Assembly (NCBI GenBank): GCA_965277715.1
Contig: OZ255836.1
Location: forward strand, 928,001 to 992,000
Direction of reading: 5' to 3'
Source: Gammaproteobacteria bacterium
GTDB lineage: Bacteria; Pseudomonadota; Gammaproteobacteria; JBCCGL01
Length of the DNA stretch: 64,000 bases
The number at the start of each line of letters is the position of its first letter. Position 1 is the first letter of the stretch. Below, one piece after another: positions 1 to 9,480 of this stretch. The notes under the pieces were generated by a model that made no database searches, was not told the DNA's origin, and saw only the letters and a list, made by a program, of their open reading frames with translations. A program made the translations under genes and the position numbers.

Positions 1-521
1 ACGGGGAAAGCGCGTTCGATATAATCCCGAATCAACTCGACCTGTTCATGGCTCGGCTCAAGATAGACACGATTGTGTTTATCCGGGTAGCGAAATACCA
101 ATACCCGGCAGGATAAAGTGTAGTGCGGACTAACCATCACGGAAACAACATCGGATGTACCCAGCACGACATCGCTGCCTGTTAATTCAGTCAACTTAAG
201 GCTTATTTTTCCGGGGGTTTCGACAACAGCGGCGGGCAGTTTAAAGTGCAGGGAATTGCTCCAATGTATTCGCTGTAGCGACAACGAGTAATCCAACCCT
301 GCTGACCAGTGCACGGGTTCACTGGGGATCGTATTATGTGTGACCCCGTTGACCTCAATTTGCAGTTTACCCGCCAAGGTCAAATTCCTATCGGGTCGAA
401 ACGGTGAAAAATAGACACGTGCGAATGTGCATTTACCTGCTATTAGTGGTACTTCGTTGTTGGCATTTTGGATTGCCTGGACAACTTCAATATGTGAAAC
501 ATTAACTATTTTTGGATCCAT
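1..521 (-). CDS. Hypothetical protein, peptidase M66-like N-terminal region (partial; runs off the window start; not in the ORF track)
   Basis: Manual translation from ATG 521 (RBS CAGGAG at 528-533) is open to the window edge: MDPKIVNVSHIEVVQAIQNANNEVPLIAGKCTFARVYF...DYIERAFPV. The IEVxQAIQ..VPLIAGKxTxxRVY and YxxRxFPV motifs recall M66-like metallopeptidase N-termini; the HExxH motif would lie outside the window. Confidence 0.7.
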   Translation of the reverse strand, partial: MDPKIVNVSHIEVVQAIQNANNEVPLIAGKCTFARVYFSPFRPDRNLTLAGKLQIEVNGVTHNTIPSEPVHWSAGLDYSLSLQRIHWSNSLHFKLPAAVVETPGKISLKLTELTGSDVVLGTSDVVSVMVSPHYTLSCRVLVFRYPDKHNRVYLEPSHEQVELIRDYIERAFP

Positions 522-1305
522 TACATACTCCTGTAGATAAATTGTATCGAGCAGCACGGGTGCCACGTCGGGCAGCCCATTTGCGCTCATCGCGAAAACC
601 GAAATTTTCCTGGTATTGAGCGGGTTGCGCCCAGTGAGATCCTGGTCGCGCCAACGTGGTGAAGCAATCACTGAGCACCTTGTGCATATCCCAGTTGATG
701 CACTCCTGGCGGATACACAGTAGATCGTGCTTATCCGCGAGCGTGCGCATCACAGTGGCGTTGACGCTGATATCCCGATAAGAGGCCAGTAACGACATAC
801 GCTGATCGCTATGCGCAATTGCCGCCTGGTAGTAGTAGCCCGCATTGGAGTGATGCAAAAACGCCACCCCATTTGGGCTCAGCACTCGTTGCAGTTCGCA
901 CGTGTAGGCGTTAAGCGTGTGCGCGTCGGCGCCCACCAGCGAGTAGAAACTGATTGCCAGATCGACGCTGTTATCTGCGACACCGCGCAGCGACTCACCA
1001 TCACCCTGCAAACAACGGACAGTTGGCCTGCTCTGGAAAGCGCGTTGGCAGGCGTGAACACAGTCGGGCATGATGTCAACCAGCACCAGTTCACGCGTCG
1101 CATAGGGATATAGCAGACGGCCAATACGACCGTGGCCAGCGCCGATTTCGAGGATGCGTGCAGCGGGCAGATAGTCGCGGAGTCGCGGGTACAGCGAGGT
1201 ACACCACATAGCCCGCGCCCCTCCCCAAGGTGCCGACCAGGCCTGCGTAGAGCAGGCCCAATCGAACGTTTGGTAGTAGGCTTTGTTTTCCGCTACCGAT
1301 CCCAT
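502..1305 (-). CDS. Class I SAM-dependent methyltransferase
   Basis: ILEIGAGHGR motif I, VDI acidic residue, DGESL and LSPNGVAFL motifs. Likely start is MGSVAENK at 1305; the longer ORF to 1491 overlaps the upstream gene. Confidence 0.85.
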   Translation of the reverse strand: MGSVAENKAYYQTFDWACSTQAWSAPWGGARAMWCTSLYPRLRDYLPAARILEIGAGHGRIGRLLYPYATRELVLVDIMPDCVHACQRAFQSRPTVRCLQGDGESLRGVADNSVDLAISFYSLVGADAHTLNAYTCELQRVLSPNGVAFLHHSNAGYYYQAAIAHSDQRMSLLASYRDISVNATVMRTLADKHDLLCIRQECINWDMHKVLSDCFTTLARPGSHWAQPAQYQENFGFRDERKWAARRGTRAARYNLSTGVCNGSKNS

Positions 1306-1348
1306 GATGGCACCCGATTGGAAAACACCTGCACACAACGCAATATAA

Positions 1349-2317
1349 TCACAGCCACTCCTCACGCGCCCTATCCATGAGTTCCTTAAAGGTTTGATTG
1401 CTTTCTCCCAGCGCCCATATTTTTTCCGCCAGCGCTTTTCCCGCCTCAGAGTCGGAGCGATAGTGCACCCCGGCCCATTCACGATTAGCACTCACTTCGT
1501 CGGCAATAAACTCAATATTCGCCTGTGGAATAATGTCACGCTCTGCATTGATAACCGCATTTAGCGCCCTCGCCACCAGGTGCACCTGGGTGGCGTGGCC
1601 ACTTGGGTAAGCGTAGTGTGCCGGTACCAGAATGGTGGGTTCCAGGTCTTTATCGCGCTGTGAGGGGCGCGGGCGATGGTAGTGTAGTTTCCATGGCATC
1701 ACGATAAACTCGGCGAGAAAACCCAAGGTGTCGATCAGGCGCAGGGTTTGGGCATGCACATGTGGATCAATGCCCAGCGCATACATAAAACGCGTCGTAT
1801 AATCGTTCTCCTCTTCGATAATATCCTGCACCCGCTGCTCGCGTTCCGGGTGTTCCTGCATCCAAAACAATTCGTTGAGTTCGTTTTGTGTGCCAGCCTC
1901 ATCGGGATACGGGGGAACATACAGGGCAGCCGTGTTGTTCAGTGTTGTTTGACCCGGAAATGGTAATTCCACCTCTGGCAGCTTTAAAAACATTGCCACA
2001 TACACCAAGTCCCGCCACCCTACGTGGGTGCGTACACGCGGCATATCGACGTAATTCTCCTGGTCGTCATCATCCGCTTCCAGTACCAATCGCCGCGCCA
2101 TAGTCATAGTCATTGTCATGGTTCTGTCCATGGTTCTGTTCATGGTTCCGTTCATGGTGCGCGGTAGGTGCCGCTCAAAAGCCTGTAGATCGTCGTCATC
2201 CAGTACACCACCCTCGTAGAGTTGTTGGGTCATCGTGTCAAAGTCGGGCAGTTGTGTTTCAACATTCGCATCGATAGAGTGCGGTGTGCTGGTGTGTTTG
2301 CTGGTATTGCTAGTCAT
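1349..2317 (-). CDS. PAP2 superfamily phosphatase / vanadium haloperoxidase-like protein
   Basis: All three PAP2 motifs present: KLHYHRPRP, YPSGH, NREWAGVHYRSD. No TM helices. RBS CAGGAGG upstream of ATG 2317. Confidence 0.85.
   Translation of the reverse strand: MTSNTSKHTSTPHSIDANVETQLPDFDTMTQQLYEGGVLDDDDLQAFERHLPRTMNGTMNRTMDRTMTMTMTMARRLVLEADDDDQENYVDMPRVRTHVGWRDLVYVAMFLKLPEVELPFPGQTTLNNTAALYVPPYPDEAGTQNELNELFWMQEHPEREQRVQDIIEEENDYTTRFMYALGIDPHVHAQTLRLIDTLGFLAEFIVMPWKLHYHRPRPSQRDKDLEPTILVPAHYAYPSGHATQVHLVARALNAVINAERDIIPQANIEFIADEVSANREWAGVHYRSDSEAGKALAEKIWALGESNQTFKELMDRAREEWL
2099..2158. repeat. In-frame tandem repeats (6-bp CATAGT and 12-bp CATGGTTCTGTY units) encoding TMNGTMNRTMDRTMTMTMTM
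   Basis: Directly visible: catagt catagt cattgt catggttctgtc catggttctgtt catggttccgtt catggt. Confidence 0.9.
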
Positions 2318-2737
2318 ACTTATTTGCCTCCTGTTGGCAGGTCCTGTTAAAAGGCCATTGTGATAGGCCGGGGAGCAGTGTAATGCGCACCGGGTGCTTG
2401 AAAAGCCCCAGGTAGGAGAACTTGCGGAGTTCTTGCGTTTTTCTTGCAAGTGCACTTTAAGGACGAAAGGGTGGGTTTTTTACGCCGTCAATTTAATCTG
2501 AATTAAGCAGTTGGGTTGTGGCGGGAAGATTTGCCGCGTGTACCCGCTACCATTCCACCGATCAGACACACTGGCCACCATTGTTGATACCAAAGTGCTT
2601 TGGCCGGGGGCACAGGTGCCTGTTGAGGTGGTGAAGTCGGCGGAAAGTATGCCTGATCGGCGGGGGTGGCACTTTATACCGTGCAATAGTCCCGCTATCT
2701 GTGCAAAATACGCGGCCCGTTAATTGCGTGACTATGT

Positions 2738-3358
2738 GTGAGCCAGTACTTTGAAATCCATGCGGATAATCCGCAGCCGCGACTGATCCATCAGGCGGTC
2801 AATATCATTAACAATGGGGGGGTTGTGGTCTACCCGACGGACTCCTGTTATGCGCTGGGCTGCCATATCGGGGACAAGGCGTCGATGGCGCGCATCCGCA
2901 CGATTCGCCGGGTCGATGCGAAACATAACTTTACCTTGATGTGCCGCGATCTCTCAGATATTGCCACTTACTCGCGTGTCGATAATGCCACTTACCGACT
3001 ATTGAAAACGCTGACACCCGGCCCGTTTACATTTATCTTACAGGCGACTAATGAAGTACCCCGGCGTTTGCAAAACCCCAAACGGAAAACCATCGGTATT
3101 CGCATACCGGATAATGTCATCGCGCAGTCATTGCTGACGGAACTGGGCCAACCGCTGATGAGCAGCACGTTGATTCTGCCGGGTGATGATATGCCAATGG
3201 TCGAGCCACATGTGATGCGTGAGGTATTGGAACACCAGGTTGACCTGGTGATCGATGGCGGTGATTGTGGTTTTGAACCGACGACGGTGGTGATGATCGA
3301 TAAACAGGGAATAACGGTCCCGCGCCACGGTAAGGGGGATGTCAGCCTGCTCGATTAG
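2738..3358 (+). CDS. yciO: Sua5/YciO/YrdC family protein
   Basis: MSQYFEIHADNPQPRLI, VVYPTDSCYALGC, PGPFTFIL; usual position upstream of scpAB. Confidence 0.9.
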   Translation: MSQYFEIHADNPQPRLIHQAVNIINNGGVVVYPTDSCYALGCHIGDKASMARIRTIRRVDAKHNFTLMCRDLSDIATYSRVDNATYRLLKTLTPGPFTFILQATNEVPRRLQNPKRKTIGIRIPDNVIAQSLLTELGQPLMSSTLILPGDDMPMVEPHVMREVLEHQVDLVIDGGDCGFEPTTVVMIDKQGITVPRHGKGDVSLLD

Positions 3359-3402
3359 GCTGCATTATTATCTGTCATGCTTATTTACGTGTAATCACCA
3401 CA

Positions 3403-4260
3403 ATGGAAACAACTCACCAAACCCACCCGGAACAATCTGTACAGGAGGAAATGCCGTTTGCCATTGTCCAGGGCGAGCCGCTGACGATTCTTCCACAGGA
3501 TTTGTATATCCCACCCGATGCCCTAGAGGTTATTCTGGAAGCCTTTGAAGGGCCGCTGGATCTGCTGCTGTACCTGATCAAACGGCATAATCTCGACGTG
3601 CTCGATATCCCCATTGCAGAAATTACCCGGCAATACGTCGAATACATTTCGATGATGGACCTGCTGCGCCTGGAGTTGGCGGCAGATTACCTGGTGATGG
3701 CGGCGATGCTCGCCGAGATTAAGTCGCGTATGCTGCTGCCGCGCCCTGTAGAGGCCGACGATGAAGATGACCCACGCGCCGACCTGGTGCGCCGTTTGCA
3801 GGAGTATGAACGGTTTAAAAAGGCCGCTGAAGACCTGGATACCCTGCCGCGCATGGAGCGCGAGTTATTTCCCGCCGCCGCCAAACCGCCTGCCCTGGAA
3901 CGTCGCCAGCCGCTGCCGGAACTTACCCTGCGCGAATTGCTGCTGGCGTTTCGCGATGTGGTCAATCGCGCCGAGATGTTTGCCCACCACAATGTTCAGC
4001 GCGAGGCACTTTCGGTGCGCGAGCGCATGTCGAGCGTACTGGCCGCGTTGAAAGGGCATGAGTTTGTCGTTTTCACCGATTTATTCGACCTCCAGGAAGG
4101 GCGGCTCGGCGTAGTTGTAACGTTTCTTGCCATCCTGGAACTCATCAGGGAATCGCTGGTGGATATCGTCCAGTCCGAAACATTTGCACCGATTCACCTT
4201 AAACCCCGCCAGACGGTGGAACCCATCGCCACCGAAGCGCCTAATACTGACAGCCTTTGA
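3403..4260 (+). CDS. scpA: Segregation and condensation protein A
   Basis: FEGPLDLLLYLI, YLVMAAMLAEIKSRMLLP. Confidence 0.95.
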   Translation: METTHQTHPEQSVQEEMPFAIVQGEPLTILPQDLYIPPDALEVILEAFEGPLDLLLYLIKRHNLDVLDIPIAEITRQYVEYISMMDLLRLELAADYLVMAAMLAEIKSRMLLPRPVEADDEDDPRADLVRRLQEYERFKKAAEDLDTLPRMERELFPAAAKPPALERRQPLPELTLRELLLAFRDVVNRAEMFAHHNVQREALSVRERMSSVLAALKGHEFVVFTDLFDLQEGRLGVVVTFLAILELIRESLVDIVQSETFAPIHLKPRQTVEPIATEAPNTDSL

Positions 4261-4266
4261 TTTGAT

Positions 4267-4980
4267 ATGACCATCGAAAACCTGAAACACACACTCGAAG
4301 CGGCACTGCTCGCCGCTGGGCAGCCAGTTGGCATGAATAAACTGCTGGAACTGTTTGACGCCGATGAAAAGCGCCCGGGCCGGGATGAGATTAAAACGGC
4401 GCTGGATGCACTGATTGATGACTACCGGGATCGGGGTATTGAATTGGTGGAAGTTGCCAGCGGTTACCGTATGCAAGTGCGCTCATCACAGGCCCCGTGG
4501 GTTGGGCGGTTATGGGATGAGCGACCGCCCCGCTACTCGCGTGCGCTATTGGAAACCCTGGCCCTGATTGCCTATCGCCAACCGATTACCCGGGCGGAAA
4601 TCGAGGATATTCGTGGCGTTAGTGTCAGCACACAGATCATAAGAACGATGCAAGAGCGGGAATGGGTGCGCGTGGTTGGCCACCGCGAAGTGCCGGGTAA
4701 ACCGGCGATGTATGGCACTACGCGCCAGTTCCTCGATTACTTTAATCTAAAAAGGCTGGACGAATTACCCACGCTGGCTGAAATCCGCGACCTCGACAGC
4801 ATCCACCCTGAGCTGGCGCTGGAAAAGGGCCAGGCAGAACCGGGACAGAAGACGTTTAACGACACCCCGGTTATGGTGATACCTGCCCTCACCACTGAAC
4901 CGCTGGTGGGCTCAGCCGGGGGCGCGCCTGCTGCAAAGCGTGATGCTACACCTGTAGCCAGCGATGAAGCTCTGCATTGA
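4267..4980 (+). CDS. scpB: SMC-Scp complex subunit ScpB
   Basis: LETLALIAYRQPITRAEIEDIRGV, YGTTRQFLDYF. Confidence 0.95.
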   Translation: MTIENLKHTLEAALLAAGQPVGMNKLLELFDADEKRPGRDEIKTALDALIDDYRDRGIELVEVASGYRMQVRSSQAPWVGRLWDERPPRYSRALLETLALIAYRQPITRAEIEDIRGVSVSTQIIRTMQEREWVRVVGHREVPGKPAMYGTTRQFLDYFNLKRLDELPTLAEIRDLDSIHPELALEKGQAEPGQKTFNDTPVMVIPALTTEPLVGSAGGAPAAKRDATPVASDEALH

Positions 4981-5873
4981 ACGCTGGCCAGGGCAACCAG
5001 GTTCAATCGGCGATGGTTTTGATGATCCTCGCCATGCTCATGCTCCCTGGTATCGATGTTATTGCCAAATGGGTTTCTGCCTCTATAGGCGCGGGGCAGG
5101 TGACCTGGACCCGGTTTCTATTTCAGACAATGTTTATGTTCCCGCTAGTGATTAACCTGCCGGGCAAACCGTTTGCCTCTGGGGTGCTGGTGCATGCAGC
5201 GCGTGGTAGCCTGATTGCACTGGCAACCTTGTTCTTCTTCTCGGCGATTAAATTTTTACCACTGGCCGATGCGATAGCCATATTTTTTGTAGAGCCTATG
5301 ATCGTGACATTACTGGCGGCGGTATTTTTAAAAGAGCGCGTTGGCTGGCGACGGTTGTCGGCCATATTTGTCGGTTTTTGCGGGGCACTGCTGATTATCC
5401 GGCCCAATTTTGAAGCCTTTGGCTGGGCGGCGGCGCTGCCGTTGGGCGCGGCACTGTCATTTGCTGTTTATATCTTAATCACACGCCGGGTTTCGCAGCG
5501 TGAAGACCCGGAGACAATGCAGTTTTATGCGGGCATCTTTGGGTGGATAGCAATGAGTTTTGCCCTGTTGATTGGGCACACACTGCACGTACCGGTACTG
5601 ACGATTATCTGGCCAAGTACCCACCAGTGGTTATTGTTAGCGGGCTTGGGTTTGATTGCCACGACGGGGCACTTACTGGTAGCCCATGCTTTCAAGCGGG
5701 CGGCTGTAGGCATATTGGCGCCGTTTCAATACATTGAAATTATTGGTGCCACCGCGTTTGGGTTTATCTTCTTCGGTGATTTTCCCGATGTACTGACCCT
5801 TTGCGGGGTGGTGGTGATTGTTTCATCCGGCCTGTATGTTTTTTATCGTGAGCGACAACTGGCCCGGCAATAA
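4977..5873 (+). CDS. DMT/EamA family transporter
   Basis: About 10 TM helices, LPLADAIAIFFVEP, LAPFQY; start overlaps the scpB stop. Confidence 0.9.
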   Translation: MNAGQGNQVQSAMVLMILAMLMLPGIDVIAKWVSASIGAGQVTWTRFLFQTMFMFPLVINLPGKPFASGVLVHAARGSLIALATLFFFSAIKFLPLADAIAIFFVEPMIVTLLAAVFLKERVGWRRLSAIFVGFCGALLIIRPNFEAFGWAAALPLGAALSFAVYILITRRVSQREDPETMQFYAGIFGWIAMSFALLIGHTLHVPVLTIIWPSTHQWLLLAGLGLIATTGHLLVAHAFKRAAVGILAPFQYIEIIGATAFGFIFFGDFPDVLTLCGVVVIVSSGLYVFYRERQLARQ

Positions 5874-5874
5874 A

Positions 5875-6282
5875 ATGCCATTGATAACGACATTCCGGCG
5901 TAAAACCACTGGCGGGGTATTATTGCTCGCACTGGTCTTTTTTGCTATTGGGTACAGTGGTTCACTGCAAAAACTGGGCAAGCTGGGCACCTATTTGTTT
6001 CATGTTTACGCAGAGGCGGAGTTAAAGAAACTGGAGGCGGCGGGGTATCACAATGACAAAGGTGAGCCTGAATACGTGGTCTCTGTTAACGGGCAGGCGC
6101 TGGGCAATGGCCTTGGCCTATTGCAACAACTGGATGGGATTACAGGCATCCGTGGCACGCTGTTTGATGACTGGTTTGTTATTAGCGTTGAGGCGGGCAA
6201 TGATGCTGCTCTCAATGTGATTAAACGTGCGGCGTTTGTCGAGTTTGTGTTGCCCAATCGGGGGGTGTGGTTTTGTCACTAA
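5875..6282 (+). CDS. Hypothetical membrane-anchored protein
   Basis: ATG just after the DMT stop, N-terminal TM helix, ends in GVWFCH. Confidence 0.65.
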   Translation: MPLITTFRRKTTGGVLLLALVFFAIGYSGSLQKLGKLGTYLFHVYAEAELKKLEAAGYHNDKGEPEYVVSVNGQALGNGLGLLQQLDGITGIRGTLFDDWFVISVEAGNDAALNVIKRAAFVEFVLPNRGVWFCH

Positions 6283-6376
6283 GGATGGAAGCCGCATTTG
6301 AACTGAACGTCAAGCCGGGCCTTATGTCCAGTTTCCCGGTTTTAGTGCGAACCTATTGGGCCGATACAAGCCTGCA

Positions 6377-7576
6377 TCACTTTGATTCAATCGCTGGTAA
6401 AAACAACACAGCCAGAAATATGCACGAGGCGGCTGTAGCCAGTAAGCCAAACAACGCATCAAATCCCCATTGGCTGTGCACCCAGGCAATCACCGGGACC
6501 GCCGATGCCATCACTGAAAAAGTAATAACATAGCGCAATGCATATGCACGGCTGCGCCACTCGCTACGGGCTATGCGCCCAACCAATACGTCGTTGATGG
6601 GAATCTGCCCAAATACCACCAGCATAAATCCCATCGCCACGATCAGTGCTGCTATACCGTTTAGCCCAATCATAATGATAAAAAAAACTGATTGCAGGAG
6701 CGCGATACAGGCAAATACGTAACGCACCGGGTATTTGTCAACCAGATAACCAACAACCAGTTGTGCCAGAGCCGCGACGGAGAACACCAGAAACGCATAC
6801 CATCCCACTAACGTTGCTGAACCGGCGAGTGCCGCGATACGCTCGTCAAAGACCTTGGGTAGGGCGAAGGTAGTGCTCTGAAAAATCAGGCCACCTATTG
6901 CCGTAGTAAAAAATATAATACTAAAAATGCGTATTAATACTGTTTTCGATACTGGCGGAGGTGCAGTGTTTTTGTTCGTTGCCGTCGAAGTAGCCCTGGC
7001 GTTACTGCTGCCCTGGCTGTTATGCCTGGTGTTGCGAATAAACAGCAAATAGAGCACACCAAGTAGAATGGCTACGACTCCCGGTACTATGTAAGCGCTA
7101 CGCCATCCTGTGGTGTCGATAAAATAGCCGGTAGTCAGCGCGGCACACGCTACCCCCATATTGCCAAAGACACCGTTGATCGCCAGTGGCATGCCGGTTT
7201 TGTCGCGCCCGTGAACCACCATTGCCAGGCCAACCGGGTGGTAAATTGCGGCGAAGACGCCCATGCAGCTAAGGGTGATGGCGATCTGTAAAGGCGTGTT
7301 TGCCAGGCTGGCCAGTACTGAGCTTATGCCGATACCCACAAAGAAAATGACCATCATCCCCTCGCGGTTCCATTTGTCGGCCAGCCACCCGGCGGGGATG
7401 GCACAGACACCAAACGCGATAAAGCCCGGTGTGGCGTAGGGGATAAGCGCCGCGTAACTCATGCCCCATTCACTGTTTAATTTAAGCGCGGCGACGGTCG
7501 CGAATATCAATACAAAGAAATGATCTAAAAAATGCCCCACGTTGAGGAAAAACATACGTAAGTGGCGATGAGGCAT
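6377..7576 (-). CDS. MFS transporter
   Basis: 12-TM pattern, GWLADKWNR motif A, AAIYHPVG; start at 7576 or 7594. Confidence 0.9.
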   Translation of the reverse strand: MPHRHLRMFFLNVGHFLDHFFVLIFATVAALKLNSEWGMSYAALIPYATPGFIAFGVCAIPAGWLADKWNREGMMVIFFVGIGISSVLASLANTPLQIAITLSCMGVFAAIYHPVGLAMVVHGRDKTGMPLAINGVFGNMGVACAALTTGYFIDTTGWRSAYIVPGVVAILLGVLYLLFIRNTRHNSQGSSNARATSTATNKNTAPPPVSKTVLIRIFSIIFFTTAIGGLIFQSTTFALPKVFDERIAALAGSATLVGWYAFLVFSVAALAQLVVGYLVDKYPVRYVFACIALLQSVFFIIMIGLNGIAALIVAMGFMLVVFGQIPINDVLVGRIARSEWRSRAYALRYVITFSVMASAVPVIAWVHSQWGFDALFGLLATAASCIFLAVLFLPAIESK

Positions 7577-7586
7577 AAAAGGTTTC

Positions 7587-8765
7587 TCAGGCATTTGCAT
7601 TAAGCCGCGCAATTTGTGCACGTCGATCAACCGCCCAGGCGTATTGGTTTGGCCACATCTTAAAATCGGGATCGACACCCAGCGCTTCGGCTGCGTGCAA
7701 AGGCCAGAAGGGGTTGTGCATAATTTCACGGCCAAGGGCGACGAGGTCTGCACCGCCAGACTGCAGAATGTCTTCGGCCTGGTGCGGGTCGATAATCACG
7801 CCCACCGCCATCGATTTAATCGCCGTTTCCCTGCGTGCACGCTCGGCATAGAGCACCTGGAAGCCCGGTTGTCGCGCCGAGCTTGCGGTGAGTGGTTTAC
7901 CCGTGTCATCGCTGCGAAACCGGGGGGCACCGTTGATTCCACCGGATGAACAATCCACCACATCGACCCCGGACTGTACCATTGTCTGGCAGAGAACGAT
8001 GGAATCGTCCATTGTCCAGCCATCCGCACCGCCATCGATTGCCGAGATGCGCGTGAACAGCGGGTAGTCGTCTGGCATAGCGGCGCGCACTGCCCTGGCA
8101 ACTTCCAATGGAAAGCGCATACGCCCCTGAATATCGCCACCGTATTGGTCGCGGCGGTGATTGCTCAAGGGTGATAGGAAGCTGTGCAATAAGTAGCCGT
8201 GCGCCATATGTAATTCGATAACACGAAACCCCGCATTGACCGAACGCCTGGCGGCTGCAACGAAAGCATCTTTAATGGTTTCCAGTTCCGCTGCATCCAG
8301 TGCTGTCGGTACAGGCCATGCCGGGCCAATAGCTAACGCAGAGGGGGCGACTGTTGGCCAGCCAGATTTCCCGCAATCGGTTTCATCTGCACGCAATGGT
8401 GCACCGGGCTTTTCTGAGAAAGGGCGACGGGTTGACGCTTTGCGGCCCGCGTGTGCCAGTTGGATACCGGCAACTGAACCCATCGATTCGATAAATGCAG
8501 TGATGGGTTTGAGCGCTTCTGCCTGTTCGTCACTCCAGATACCCAAGCACTGGGGAGTGATGCGCCCACGCGCTTCAACGGCGGTGGCTTCAGCAAAAAC
8601 CAGCCCGGCTTTGCCGCGTGCAAAGGTACTTAAGTGGGCAAAGTGCCAGGGCTGGGCAAGCCCTTCAACCGCCGAATACATACACAGCGGTGAAACAACA
8701 ATACGATTTGTCAGCGTGATACCACGCAATTGCAATGGGCTGAATAACATGGGGTGTGTCGTCAT
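7587..8765 (-). CDS. NADH:flavin oxidoreductase (old yellow enzyme, YqjM/NamA-like)
   Basis: NRIVVSPLCMYSA, GIQLAHAGRKAS, ELHMAHGYLLHSFLSP. Confidence 0.92.
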   Translation of the reverse strand: MTTHPMLFSPLQLRGITLTNRIVVSPLCMYSAVEGLAQPWHFAHLSTFARGKAGLVFAEATAVEARGRITPQCLGIWSDEQAEALKPITAFIESMGSVAGIQLAHAGRKASTRRPFSEKPGAPLRADETDCGKSGWPTVAPSALAIGPAWPVPTALDAAELETIKDAFVAAARRSVNAGFRVIELHMAHGYLLHSFLSPLSNHRRDQYGGDIQGRMRFPLEVARAVRAAMPDDYPLFTRISAIDGGADGWTMDDSIVLCQTMVQSGVDVVDCSSGGINGAPRFRSDDTGKPLTASSARQPGFQVLYAERARRETAIKSMAVGVIIDPHQAEDILQSGGADLVALGREIMHNPFWPLHAAEALGVDPDFKMWPNQYAWAVDRRAQIARLNANA

Positions 8766-8840
8766 AATAAGGGTTTTGTACCGGGTAATTGGAAGAGGGT
8801 TGCGTTGGTTGTCAGGGGTTAGCAAAAATGCCTGCTGTGC

Positions 8841-9143
8841 TTACAGCAATGGTCTTTCCAGTAACCCGATGCCCTGCTCGTCGATGATTTGTTTGGCTTT
8901 TTTAATCGAGTGATCTATCGCTGCTTGTTCATTCACGTTTTGATCTGCCCGAATAAACTGTATGCGTTTGGTCTCGCCATTACATTCCCCGCTGATGTAA
9001 CCGGCAGTTCGAAATTGCCCATTGTCCTGTAACGGTGCCGCTTCGATGGTGAACCCATTGTACTGGAGTGGTTCGGACGTCGATTCTTTAGGGGCGGTGG
9101 ATGATGTGCCACTCAGGGACTTAAATAGTTTACCGAATACCAT
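8841..9143 (-). CDS. HlyU (PF10115-type) family small protein
   Basis: YNGFTIEAAP..GQFRTAGYI..FIRAD..AKQIIDEQG pattern. Confidence 0.75.
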   Translation of the reverse strand: MVFGKLFKSLSGTSSTAPKESTSEPLQYNGFTIEAAPLQDNGQFRTAGYISGECNGETKRIQFIRADQNVNEQAAIDHSIKKAKQIIDEQGIGLLERPLL

Positions 9144-9230
9144 ATGCGTGTTCTGGAAGATTTATGTGTGCCGGATCATAGCAAATAAACTTCACATTCA
9201 GAATGGGCCGTTCAGAATAGGGCACCCAGG

Positions 9231-9249
9231 ATAGGCTTGGGCAGGGCCG
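9231..9249 (+). repeat. 19-bp direct repeat, left copy (ATAGGCTTGGGCAGGGCCG)
   Basis: 18/19 identical to 11210-11228; the pair brackets the AT-rich islet. Confidence 0.8.
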
Positions 9250-9318
9250 TAGGGCGTAATAACCAACAACAGGCATTGCGCCGAACAAAAGCAATTTTTG
9301 ATGCCTGTCCCGGCAATT
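9249..9318 (+). repeat. GTAG-type REP-like element, copy 1
   Basis: GTAG followed by imperfect stem GGCGTAAT...ATTGCGCC; shares GGCATTGCGCCGAACAAAA and TTGATGCCTGYCCCGGYAATT with 10431-10574. Confidence 0.6.
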
Positions 9319-9432
9319 TGCTGGCAATTTGTTGTGCTCGCTGATAAGGACAGTCAGAGGGATGCAAAAAAACCGCCGTTTCGCTTTTGTTTTCCACCTT
9401 GGTCGGTGGTGGTAGTTGCTCCTCTATGATCA

Positions 9433-9466
9433 ATAACATCATGGTACTATAGTGTTGTAATGTTAT
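9433..9466 (+). promoter_or_regulatory. Putative TA promoter/operator: inverted repeat ATAACAT...ATGTTAT around a -10-like TACTAT
   Basis: Inverted heptamers directly upstream of the RHH antitoxin. Confidence 0.45.
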
Positions 9467-9480
9467 GTGGCGTTATTACC

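Noticed and set aside
2318-2737. Small ORFs or a regulatory RNA between the PAP2 gene and yciO
   Set aside because: No RBS-supported ORF or recognisable structure; probably a divergent promoter region.
8236-8913. Long antisense ORFs (225 aa here; also 21209-21772, 42664-43311 and others)
   Set aside because: They lie opposite well-supported genes and have no motifs or RBS.
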